DNA from: Candidatus Caldarchaeales archaeon
GTDB taxonomy: Archaea; Thermoproteota; Nitrososphaeria_A; Caldarchaeales; Wolframiiraptoraceae
DNA: 46,852 nucleotides
Reading direction: 5' to 3'
Assembly (NCBI GenBank): GCA_039630055.1
Contig: JBCNVN010000006.1
Span: 1 to 46,852, forward strand
The notes under the pieces were generated by a model, which saw nothing but the letters and a program-made list of their open reading frames with translations, was not told the DNA's origin and made no database searches. The first letter of the stretch is position 1, and each line of letters starts with the position of its first letter. Positions 1 to 9,213 of this stretch are shown one piece after another. The position numbers and the translations under genes are program-made.

Positions 1-528
1 GGGATCTAATCCGAAGAATGTGTAGGGAAATCTTCCCTCATGGAAATTAAGCTGAGGTGGAAAATAGTAACCTTCAGGTTTCTCCTCTCTACCAAGCCTC
101 TCAACATGCTGCTTTCTTTGATGGAGATGGAAGGGTAGAGGTCCAGCATAATCAAAAAACTTTGCATATGCTTTAAGCCCACCATAATTATGCATTACGT
201 GTTTACCTAAATAATCATCACCGAGCTCATCTATAGCATCCTTCAATAATATTTTTCTCAACTGGTCATCATACCTAAACACTATATAGCTCATTCCTTC
301 ATCTTCGGGAGCTCCGGGATTATCCGCTTTAACTGTAGAAGCAATCCATCTCTCACATATGGCTCCTCTCGATGTACCGAGTATATAAATGTCTTCCACA
401 GCTAATCTCAGCCTCTTACCTGGTTCACCGATACTTGAAGGTCTAGGAACCCACGTAGGAGCAAGAGGAACTATGCCATCTCCAACTTCTAAAGCCTTCC
501 TAGCCAACACACCCTTATCCATTACCAT
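1..528 (-). CDS. Conserved hypothetical protein, class I phosphomannose-isomerase-like cupin (3' truncated by window edge)
   Basis: Not in the ORF track. Manual translation from ATG 528 is open to position 1: MVMDKGVLARKALEVGDGIVPLAPTWVPR...ERWIAST...KFFDYAGPLPFHLHQ...KPEGYYFPPQLN. The KxxD-x-PxHxH and KPE motifs resemble type I PMI metal ligands. Confidence 0.75.
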   Translation of the reverse strand, partial: MVMDKGVLARKALEVGDGIVPLAPTWVPRPSSIGEPGKRLRLAVEDIYILGTSRGAICERWIASTVKADNPGAPEDEGMSYIVFRYDDQLRKILLKDAIDELGDDYLGKHVMHNYGGLKAYAKFFDYAGPLPFHLHQRKQHVERLGREEKPEGYYFPPQLNFHEGRFPYTFFGLDP

Positions 529-640
529 CCATAACCTTAAATTGCAGTATGTGTTTTGGGTATTTTAAGCTTTTCCTTTGAGAAAGCTTATTTAAAAGAG
601 AATAGATTTAAATGCTGGTCTCCATCTCTCTTGAAAATGT

Positions 641-1507
641 GTGATCATCATGGTTAAGTATGGTGTGCATCTTTTCTTATGGACTGAGAGATTCGATAGA
701 TCAGCTTTACATTTGATTGAGAAGGCCAAGAGACTAGGCTTCGATGGGGTTGAGATACCTTTAATGGAGCTAGATCTCATAGATGTTGAAGCTACGAGAA
801 GAGAATTAAAAAAGCATGGAGTAGAGGCTTTGGGATCTTTAGGTCTAAGCATCGACAAGGATACAACGAGCGATGACGAGAATGTTCGAAGAAGAGGTGT
901 AGACTTCATGAAACGTTGTGTGGATGTTGTAGCTCAGCTGGATGGCGATGCTATAAATGGTGTAGTATATACTGCATGGGGAAAGATAACTGGGAGAAGT
1001 AGAACGGAAGAAGAATGGAAGAGAAGTGTAGAAGCATTAAGAGAGGTCTGCAGGTATGCTAGAGATTATGGAGTAAACTTTGGAATAGAACCAATTAACA
1101 GATTTGAGACATACTTTCTCAATACTGCTGAGGACGCCGTCAAACTTGCAAAAGATGTTGGAGAGCCGAATGCAAAAATACATCTAGATACATTCCATAT
1201 AAATATAGAAGAGAAGAACTTCTATGATCCTATAAAGATAGCTGGAAAATTACTGTTCCACATGCATTGCTGTGAGAACGATAGGGGAACACCTGGAACA
1301 GGACATGTAAATTGGGACGAGGTCTTCAGAGCACTTTCAGAGATAGACTATGATAGATGGTTGGTAATAGAATCCTTCACACCCGAGATGGGAAAGATAG
1401 CATATTCGGCAGCTGTATGGAGGAGTCTAGCTCCAAGCGCTGATGCCATAGCCGTAGAAGGATTAAAATTTCTGAAGAATATGGCTAAAAAATATTCATT
1501 GAGGTAG
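641..1507 (+). CDS. D-psicose/D-tagatose/L-ribulose 3-epimerase family sugar epimerase (TIM barrel)
   Basis: Motifs GFDGVEIP, EPINRFE, HLDTFH, HCCENDRGTPGTG and VIESF match the catalytic/metal residues of ketose 3-epimerases. The true start may be ATG 650. Confidence 0.9.
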   Translation: MIIMVKYGVHLFLWTERFDRSALHLIEKAKRLGFDGVEIPLMELDLIDVEATRRELKKHGVEALGSLGLSIDKDTTSDDENVRRRGVDFMKRCVDVVAQLDGDAINGVVYTAWGKITGRSRTEEEWKRSVEALREVCRYARDYGVNFGIEPINRFETYFLNTAEDAVKLAKDVGEPNAKIHLDTFHINIEEKNFYDPIKIAGKLLFHMHCCENDRGTPGTGHVNWDEVFRALSEIDYDRWLVIESFTPEMGKIAYSAAVWRSLAPSADAIAVEGLKFLKNMAKKYSLR

Positions 1508-1912
1508 TAAAATCATTCAAGAATCGTCTAAATATGTCTCCTAGTTTAACCAATCACTTCTACAAATGTTGGAGCGACCGTGAATTTTTGAGATTTAAGA
1601 AACGGTGGACCAATTATTACGAATAAATTTACAACAAACTTGGACTCATAAGAATATGGAAGAGACATCCTCAGCACAGTCCTCTGATAAACCCTTACCA
1701 TCGTCGATTCAAGCATCCTCTCGACCAAGGAAGCGTTATCTCAATCACCGCTATTGAAGAAGCCTTTGTTATCCTATCGAGAAGTATAGGTCTTTAGGTT
1801 GAATCTATTTTTAGACTATCCAATACTGTAGCTGCCATGTTGATATAACAGTACAACTTCTCCCCATATATTGGACATTTTCTTAGTGATTACCATTGGA
1901 GGGATTATCGGA

Positions 1913-2201
1913 CTATCTAATGGCCTTCGTAAACCTAATGCCCGCTAAAACCATGATATTAAGTATTGAGGTCATCATAAAGGCACCAATGGCCGTTGTT
2001 ATTAGGTTACACGTACTACTTGTTAAGACCGCTCCCCCCACGACTATGGTGGAGATAATATCAAGCTTGTACCCTAGATCAGACCGAGGATATCCAGTTC
2101 CAAGTCTTATTCCTAATTACGTGTCCTGCTAGAGCAGATCCTTGAAAAAGTAAAGGCGGATTTTTCATTCCAGTGTTACCGATCCCCACATTCCTCACAG
2201 C
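1913..2201 (-). pseudogene. Decayed RbsC-type (CUT2) sugar ABC permease, C-terminal remnant
   Basis: Minus strand 2110-1913 reads IRLGTGYPRSDLGYKLDIISTIVVGGAVLTSSTCNLITTAIGAFMMTSILNIMVLAGI, matching RbsC G-Y-E-L-D-x-I-A-A-V-V-V-G-G. A frameshifted upstream piece AVRNVGI..MK/SAFTFS resembles the EAA-like loop. No intact start. Confidence 0.7.
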
Positions 2202-2827
2202 TAACTATTAGAACTATATCACGTATGTGATGATCGATGCTTGTCTTCTCGAAGAATCCCGTTAGAATGGTTTAATACGACTAGGTATGTCCAGAATATT
2301 ATCCGTATATAGTGGAAGACTTCATTTAGTCTAAGGAATTCATCTGTGTAGATCGGCATATTTAACTCTTCTGAGATTATGTAAGATATTGGAGGACAAC
2401 GGTTAGGTTGCGAGTATACTGTGAATGTAAGAGGATCCGTCCGATGCGTGATTAGAGGCATAGATTCTCTTGATCCCTGCATCGGCTATGAGGAGGATTT
2501 TGGTTTTCGTGAAATGGGTTCTAAGCTTAAGTTTAAGGCGACAAGCATAACAAGGTAGATTAATTTATCTCTAGCTATATGTGTTATATAATATGTTCTT
2601 ACTCTTTTTATAGATAAATTAGTGGCGAGAGTTAATTATACTATAATGCAGAATACGATGTGCGTTAATAGAAACTCTGATGAAACGCATATTAAGTTTG
2701 CTATTCAGAATACAGGAACCGTCGATTCCCAGATAGGACTTAATCGTTATTTTTGAGAATTGTGTGGGAATTATTTGAAAACATTTATTAGACAAATCTA
2801 AATTAAAATTCCAAGGGGGATGGATCA

Positions 2828-3613
2828 ATGGATATGCGAGTTTCTGTGAAAAGATTGTTTGACTTGGAGGGTAAAAAGGTGGTCATAACGGGTGCGGCAG
2901 GAGGTATAGGAAGCGCTATAGCTTTTGGGTTTGCTGAATTTAAAGCTGAATTAGCACTTATCGATAAAGAAGCTGAAGCTTTAAGAAAAATACATTCCAG
3001 GCTTAAAGAATATTCTAATAGTATTATTATCCAAGCCGATGTAACAAGTCTTAATGATGTAAATCAGGCTATAGAGAGAATCATTAATCATTATGGAAGG
3101 ATAGATATTTTAGTGAACAGTCATGGCATATTTCAATGGGTCTCAGCTGAAGAGATGAACGAAGAGGATTGGAATAGAATGCTTAACGTTAACTTAAAAG
3201 GAGTTTTTTTAATGTGTCAAGCAGTCGGCAGGCAGATGATTAAACAGAGATATGGAAAGATTATTAACATAGCTTCAATGTCGGGACTGATAGTTAATCG
3301 ACCTCAGCCCCAGTTGCATTACAATACGTCTAAGGCAGGAGTTATAATGCTCACTAAAAGCTTGGCTTCAGAATGGGCGAAATATAACATAAATGTTAAC
3401 TGCGTAAGTCCAGGTTATACGCTCACACAACAATTAGAAAATTTCATTAAAGAAAAACCGGAATATGCTGATCTTTGGAGAGGTCTCATCCCATTGAACC
3501 GTTTTGCGGAGGTTACAGACATAGTGGGAGCGGTAATATTTTTAGCTACAGATGCGGCGAGTTATATTACTGGACAGAACTTAATTATTGATGGCGGCTA
3601 TACTATATGGTAA
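2828..3613 (+). CDS. Short-chain dehydrogenase/reductase, polyol dehydrogenase/ketose reductase type (galactitol 2-dehydrogenase / L-xylulose reductase-like)
   Basis: TGAAGGIG, SMSGLIVNRPQPQ, catalytic YNTSK, VNCVSPGY and C-terminal DGGYTIW. Confidence 0.88.
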   Translation: MDMRVSVKRLFDLEGKKVVITGAAGGIGSAIAFGFAEFKAELALIDKEAEALRKIHSRLKEYSNSIIIQADVTSLNDVNQAIERIINHYGRIDILVNSHGIFQWVSAEEMNEEDWNRMLNVNLKGVFLMCQAVGRQMIKQRYGKIINIASMSGLIVNRPQPQLHYNTSKAGVIMLTKSLASEWAKYNINVNCVSPGYTLTQQLENFIKEKPEYADLWRGLIPLNRFAEVTDIVGAVIFLATDAASYITGQNLIIDGGYTIW

Positions 3614-3690
3614 ACACATATTGATACAAAAGAATGTCCGTAGAAAGTTAATAGACCTTTTCTATATCGAGAAGGATCTAGGGATTACTA

Positions 3691-4737
3691 TTAAGATGGA
3701 AGGTCTTTAGCTACTTGTATGAGTTTCTTTAGCCCCTCTTTCTTTTCAGTCTTTACTATTGCCTCAACAAGTTTCTCGAGAGGATAAATCTCTGATATTA
3801 TGGAGTCTAAATTAAGCCGGTTCTGCTGTATTAACGAATGTGCTTTAACGAAACTATCCCCCGAAAGTGCATAGGAGCCTACGACTCTGAGCTCTCTAAA
3901 GTATATATCAAATAGTGGAGTTGATGCTAACGCATTCTTTGGCGGCACCCCAAAAAGTAGCACTCTTCCACCCTTTCTAGCATATTTAAATAGGTCTTGA
4001 AATACATTCGCAGAACCTGTAGTATCGATAATTACGTCAGCGAATTTACCCCCTGTCACCTTCTTGATTGCTTCTAGAGGGTTGTAAGCTGATGGATTTA
4101 CCACCTCACTTGCACCTACTCGTCGTGCTATTTCAAGCCTTTCATCAATTAAATCTAATACTATTGTCTGAGAACTTCCACAGAGATTCGATAATTGGGT
4201 TAGTAAGAGTCCCATAGGTCCTGCTCCGACTACGATGACTACATCTCCGGGATCTATTCTTACGAGTTCTATTCCATGAATAGCACATGCAAGAGGCTCT
4301 GTAAACGCCGCATGCTTTAGTGAGGTTTTTTCATTATATTTTAGAACGTTTCTTTCCGGTATCTTTACGTACTGAGCATATGCACCATTTATAACGACTT
4401 CTCCAGCTCCTCCTAAAACCACACTGTTCTCGCATAGATTCGTTCTCCCACTTAGGCAATATCTACACCTGTTACAGTATATTATTGGATTTATGGCGAC
4501 GCGGTCACCTATGTTCACTTGAGTAACTTGGTCTCCAATTCCATCGACTATCCCTGAACATTCATGACCTAAAATGACAGGGAATTTCACTGGAAAAGAG
4601 CCGAAATATATATGTACATCTGTCATGCATACACCACAATAAGCGACTTTTACTACGACTTCATCATGATAAGGCTTAGGTTCTTCAACTTCTCTTAACT
4701 CGATCCTCTCTGGTCCGGTAAGAACCATAGCCCTCAA
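3691..4737 (-). CDS. Zinc-dependent medium-chain polyol/sugar dehydrogenase
   Basis: CGVCxTD, ILGHE, structural Zn motif CxxCxxC-x7-C, EPLAC and GAGPMG. TTG start lies directly after the upstream paralogue's stop. Confidence 0.9.
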   Translation of the reverse strand: MRAMVLTGPERIELREVEEPKPYHDEVVVKVAYCGVCMTDVHIYFGSFPVKFPVILGHECSGIVDGIGDQVTQVNIGDRVAINPIIYCNRCRYCLSGRTNLCENSVVLGGAGEVVINGAYAQYVKIPERNVLKYNEKTSLKHAAFTEPLACAIHGIELVRIDPGDVVIVVGAGPMGLLLTQLSNLCGSSQTIVLDLIDERLEIARRVGASEVVNPSAYNPLEAIKKVTGGKFADVIIDTTGSANVFQDLFKYARKGGRVLLFGVPPKNALASTPLFDIYFRELRVVGSYALSGDSFVKAHSLIQQNRLNLDSIISEIYPLEKLVEAIVKTEKKEGLKKLIQVAKDLPS

Positions 4738-4738
4738 C

Positions 4739-5785
4739 TTACTTCCCTCCTCTAATCTCTATCATGATCTTTCCGACCTCTTCCCCACCCTCTGCAGCAA
4801 GCCTCATACCTTTTATCACATCTGAGAAACTTAATCTATGAGTTATTAATCTAGTGATCTGTGGTCTCTTTCGGTATACTAGTCTAATTGCATCTTGAAA
4901 TACATTCGCGTATCTTAAAATACCGATGACATCAATCTCCTTAGTCGGTATGTTTATTATCTGAGCTTTCGTCAGCTCTTCGAATCCAAGTCCAATGACC
5001 ACTATTTTTCCACCTTTTCTAACTGATTTAAGGGCAAGGTTGAAGGTTTCCTCGATCCCTACAGCATCAAACACTATATCTGGACCACGTCCATCGGTCA
5101 GGTAATTTATAGTCTTTAAAGGATCCTCGCTCCTTACGTTGATGGTTGCTGTAGCTCCGAAATCCTTCGCCAACTTTAATTTACGGTCTATCACGTCCGT
5201 AATAAAAATATCTGAGGCTCCAGATTCACGCGCCGCTAAGAGGGTCATCAACCCTATAGTTCCTGCTCCAAGGATCATAACCTTATTACCTGGCATTAAT
5301 CCGCCTCGTCTAACGGAGTATAAGGCGACTGAAAAGGGCTCAATTAAAGCACCTTCTTCACTACTCGTTTCTTCAGGTATCTTATAGACAAAATCCGAAG
5401 GCCATGTAAGAAATTCTCTGAATGCACCATCATCAGGCGGCGTCCCCATGAATCTTAAATTGTCACAAATATTGTATTTGCCTGACTTGCAGTAAAAGCA
5501 CACTCTACATGGTGCCGCCGGCTCTATTACGACTCTATCACCTACCTCTAAATGTTTAACGGAGTCGCCTTTAGCGACGACGACGCCGGAGCACTCATGA
5601 CCCAGTACGATCGGCTTCTTTACTACAAAATCACCAATTCTTCCATGAACATAGTAATGAACGTCAGAATGACATATACCTACGTTCTTCATCTCGACAA
5701 TAACTTCATCTGGAGACTTTATCGTTGGATAATCTCTTTCCTCAAACCCCATGTTTCTAGGGCTGTAAAGTACTGCAGCCTTCAT
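4739..5785 (-). CDS. Sorbitol/xylitol (L-iditol 2-) dehydrogenase, MDR family
   Basis: VGICHSDVHYYxHGRIGDFVVKKPIVLGHE, CxxCxxC-x7-C, TPPDDG, EEGALIEP, GAGTIG, RYAN and LITHR are typical of the GutB/SORD family. Confidence 0.9.
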   Translation of the reverse strand: MKAAVLYSPRNMGFEERDYPTIKSPDEVIVEMKNVGICHSDVHYYVHGRIGDFVVKKPIVLGHECSGVVVAKGDSVKHLEVGDRVVIEPAAPCRVCFYCKSGKYNICDNLRFMGTPPDDGAFREFLTWPSDFVYKIPEETSSEEGALIEPFSVALYSVRRGGLMPGNKVMILGAGTIGLMTLLAARESGASDIFITDVIDRKLKLAKDFGATATINVRSEDPLKTINYLTDGRGPDIVFDAVGIEETFNLALKSVRKGGKIVVIGLGFEELTKAQIINIPTKEIDVIGILRYANVFQDAIRLVYRKRPQITRLITHRLSFSDVIKGMRLAAEGGEEVGKIMIEIRGGK

Positions 5786-5929
5786 AATCTGAAATCAAAT
5801 TTTTTCGCTAATAAATCTTCACTGCTAACTTATTCTAGAAATCACATAAGTTTCCCTTGCTCGGAAACCGTGATCAAAGTTTGGATTATTAAATCAACCT
5901 TATCCAATGATTCTCTACTAGACCATCTT

Positions 5930-6427
5930 CTACATTGTAAAACCTCTTCCCACATATGTGTATATTATATCTTGCTCAACATATGCCGCATCATATATCC
6001 CTGTTCCAGCCTCCATATCCACTATCTCCTTCGCATACATCATGCCCCAACTCACTACTTCCCATTCAACATTTATTCCAGTCTCTTCCTCAAATTTTGG
6101 TACAACAACTTCTTTAAGTGATACTGCAGGAGGCGTACTCTCCGTTACAACTCGGATCGTTGTCCCCCTATAAGGCCTAGCAACCTCCTTATAAGACCAA
6201 ACTTTTACAGGCGGTGGTGTAGGTGTCGGTGGGACGGTGAGCGTAATGGTTTATCTTACGGTAGTCGGCACAATCCTGGTCTCAGTTATCGTCACTGGTG
6301 GAGCTGCTGTCGCAGTTCCTGCAAAGTAGCCAGCCACACCAGCTACAACACCTGCGGCAACAGCACCGGCAGCGATTTTGGCAGTAACACTTATCGCCCC
6401 TCTTCTACTCATCTTTCTCGATAACAA
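5930..6427 (-). pseudogene. Disrupted CUT1 sugar/polyol ABC solute-binding protein with twin-arginine N-terminus
   Basis: Reads (L)LSRKMSRRGAISVTAKIAAGAVAAGVVAGVAGYFAGTATAAPPVTITET...VR*TITLTVPPTP...ARPYRGTTIRVVTES...FEEETGINVEWE...AGTGIYDAAYVEQD. In-frame TAA at 6251-6253 and premature TAG at 5930-5932. Confidence 0.85.
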
Positions 6428-6797
6428 TGGTTCTTCTCCCCTCTTTCTTCATGCACTCATTCATATTTTTCATAGTTTAATAATGTAAAAGAATGTAATA
6501 ATATAAAAGCCTAATATAAATTTTTAATTTTTTATTCAGTTGTTTTACATAAGTCCATGAAGCTGGGTCTTTGAGAAGGAAGTTTTCAGACAGACCTTAT
6601 AGAATATTGTGAATTCTTAGATCGTATTCGGAGCAATGAAAGAAGGCGTCGATTATATCTTTAGAATAAAAATAATCCGATATCATGGAGATTACGATAA
6701 TAGATTGATCTAGTTCGAAAATTTCCTATACTCACTCATCCAATTTATTTTTAGGAAATAGATCGTTGTCATCTCATATGAAATAGTGCTCACCGTT

Positions 6798-6839
6798 GTC
6801 TATACCTATTAAAATCATAATGTTAAGTATTGAAGTCAT
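6798..6839 (-). pseudogene. Second short RbsC-type permease remnant
   Basis: Encodes MTSILNIMILIGID, 11/13 identical to MTSILNIMVLAGI at 1975-1937. Confidence 0.5.
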
Positions 6840-7113
6840 CAGATTTTAATTGATTTTGACATAAGACTATTTTTGGACATAATTAAGGTTCTCATCTCCT
6901 ACAACCGTAAATTACGTGATATTAAGACTTATGTAACAATCGCCTGCTCAGGTGGTGAGATGACAATGGATCTATTGAGTTTTCGTAAATAACAGGAAAG
7001 ATTAGTCGCTCTTTCTCGAGTATTAGGATAAAGATCCTCCGAATCCATCTATCGATCTCAAATGTAGAGAAGGCTCTTCACATAATCTATTGGACTGATC
7101 TAGACAGTCTTGG

Positions 7114-7508
7114 ACCATGGATACTAGTCATGCACTTATGGTAGATGAAAATCTTGTCGAATCATTATATATGGTACATGATAACCGAAATGTAGTTGGC
7201 ATTTCACTTAAACGATGAATATATACTGGAAGGATGATATGAATATGATTGTCGGCTCTATAAACCTGCTTAGATTTATAGAATTCTTCCATACTCTACA
7301 CGATATAAACTATGATGGTTGGTATGATCTCGACATATACCCTTATAGAGAAGACCCTATTAAAGCATGTGAACAGAGTATAAAATTCGTGGACTATATA
7401 TTGACTACTGTTAAGGAGCATTATCAAGAACTAAGCCATGTTATTAAACTGGACAACCCCTATGAAGCTTTAGAGACCGTTTGGAGAATCTTTCTAAAAG
7501 GTTTCTAA
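7114..7508 (+). pseudogene. Frameshifted C-terminal remnant of a xylose-isomerase-like TIM-barrel sugar isomerase
   Basis: Joining frames gives TMDTSHALMVDENLVES...VVGI/HLNDEY/WKDDMNMIVGS...EFF...YDGWYDLDIYPYRED. The N-terminal two-thirds are not recognisable. Confidence 0.7.
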
Positions 7509-7736
7509 GAATAGCTTACAAAACTTAAGATGAAGGATTTTAATGTATTAGAGTATCAAGGGTTTTCTAGACTATTTCATCAACAGACTTCGCTATATAC
7601 CTCTCAACTAGTTTAAAGTATTGAGAAAATTTATGAGAATAAGAATTCAACTGATACCTTAACAGAATGCTGTACAGTGCTTTTCCCCGTCGAGAGGCCT
7701 ATATATAACTTGATTAAGGTATTAACTCTGGCATCC

Positions 7737-9182
7737 ATGGGATCTAATAATGGCATGGAATACTATATAGCTGTCTTCGATATAGGGAAAACCAATAAGA
7801 AATTCCTACTATTTTCTGAAGACTTCAAATCTGTTTACGTTGATAGTGTTAAGATAGGTGAAGTATACAAGAACGGAATACTATGCGACGATATTGAGAG
7901 CATTGAAGCATGGGTTAAGGAGAAGCTAAAGGAAGTTTCTAGTAAGTATAAGGTGACAGGATTAGGTATGACAACACATGGAGCAACTCTCTCATATATA
8001 TCTGGAAAGAGGCTCGCTTTTCCAGTAATCTCATACAATCATGATATTGAACCTATGATTAGGAGGGAATTTTATAAAGAGTTCGGTTCACCATCTGAGC
8101 TTTACATGATTACCGGCACCCCTCCCTATGGACGTCTAATGACTGCTGGCATGCAGATCTATTGGTTCAGGAAAAAATATCCTGAAATATACTCTAAAGT
8201 CGATAGAATCCTCTTCTTTCCCCAGTACTTATTGTTCAGCGTATCTGGGATCGAGACCAGTGAGATTACGAGTATAGGTTGCCATACATATCTTTACGAT
8301 CTTAGAAGAATGGATTGGAGTATCGTAGCGGAAGAACTTAACGTTGATGATTTATCCCCTAGTATCATAGATGTGTGGAGAGGAGTAGGAAGTTTTAGGA
8401 CAGATAGTTTAGAGATAACTACTGTGCCGGGGATTCATGATTCTAATGCATCTATCCTGCCCTTCTTAAATAGGGAAGGTAAAGACATAGTGTTTGCATC
8501 GACTGGGACTTGGTGTGTCTTCATGTATCCTACTGCTGAGTTTAAACCCTCCCCAGAGGACCTCTATAAAGATGTAGTATACTATGTAAATGTCTATGGA
8601 AAGCCTGTAAGGTCTTCTAGATTTGCAGGTGGATACGAGCACGATCACTATCTAAAGATCATATCTGATAAATTCAATATAGATTATCGAGAGATCTCTC
8701 CGAATGTAGAGTTAGTTGATGAGATACTTAGAAGATGTGAAGATTTTATTACTCCTGGATTGATTGAAGGTGCTGGACAGTTTCAGAAGTCTAGGTCAAG
8801 GATAATTGGCAGCATGTTTACTAAGGATCCCGTCGCAGCATATCATATCTTGAACCTCAGCTTAGCGATACAATCATACGTAGCAGTAAATTTGATTGTA
8901 CATGAAATGAGTCCAGATATTCTTATAATAGGAGGATTTGCTAATAATGAGATCTATCTTAAACTCCTCTCTACACTGTTCCATGATAGTAGGGTTTTTA
9001 GATCTATTTTCCCAGAGGCGACCGCACTAGGTACTGCTATGTGTTGTAAATCTGCGATAGAAGGTGTAAGTCTAAGGGAGCTAAGTGTAAGACTACCTGT
9101 AGAGGAGGTTGGGAAGCTTGATATAGACTTGGATAGGCTGATGAATTATGTTGAAGAATATATTGAGTTTTCTTCGCGATGA
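7737..9182 (+). CDS. FGGY-family carbohydrate kinase (RhaK/rhamnulokinase-like clade)
   Basis: IAVFDIGKTNKK, TTHGA, EITSIGCHTYLYD, GIHDSNAS, STGTW and IGGFANN. Start is ATG 7737 or 7755; the ORF track extends it to 7677. Confidence 0.85.
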   Translation: MGSNNGMEYYIAVFDIGKTNKKFLLFSEDFKSVYVDSVKIGEVYKNGILCDDIESIEAWVKEKLKEVSSKYKVTGLGMTTHGATLSYISGKRLAFPVISYNHDIEPMIRREFYKEFGSPSELYMITGTPPYGRLMTAGMQIYWFRKKYPEIYSKVDRILFFPQYLLFSVSGIETSEITSIGCHTYLYDLRRMDWSIVAEELNVDDLSPSIIDVWRGVGSFRTDSLEITTVPGIHDSNASILPFLNREGKDIVFASTGTWCVFMYPTAEFKPSPEDLYKDVVYYVNVYGKPVRSSRFAGGYEHDHYLKIISDKFNIDYREISPNVELVDEILRRCEDFITPGLIEGAGQFQKSRSRIIGSMFTKDPVAAYHILNLSLAIQSYVAVNLIVHEMSPDILIIGGFANNEIYLKLLSTLFHDSRVFRSIFPEATALGTAMCCKSAIEGVSLRELSVRLPVEEVGKLDIDLDRLMNYVEEYIEFSSR

Positions 9183-9213
9183 TCTACGTATAACTACATG
9201 TAATCTTTCTAAA

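Noticed and set aside
1896-2132. 78-aa plus-strand ORF
   Set aside because: Antisense shadow of the decayed RbsC-like permease.
5552-6121. 189-aa plus-strand ORF
   Set aside because: Overlaps the sorbitol dehydrogenase and the SBP pseudogene on the other strand; atypical composition.
6251-6253. In-frame stop as possible recoding (Sec/Pyl)
   Set aside because: The codon is TAA, it lies in a Thr-rich linker, and the gene is also truncated downstream.
7215-7508. 97-aa ORF as an independent small protein
   Set aside because: It is the last frame of a frameshifted isomerase pseudogene.
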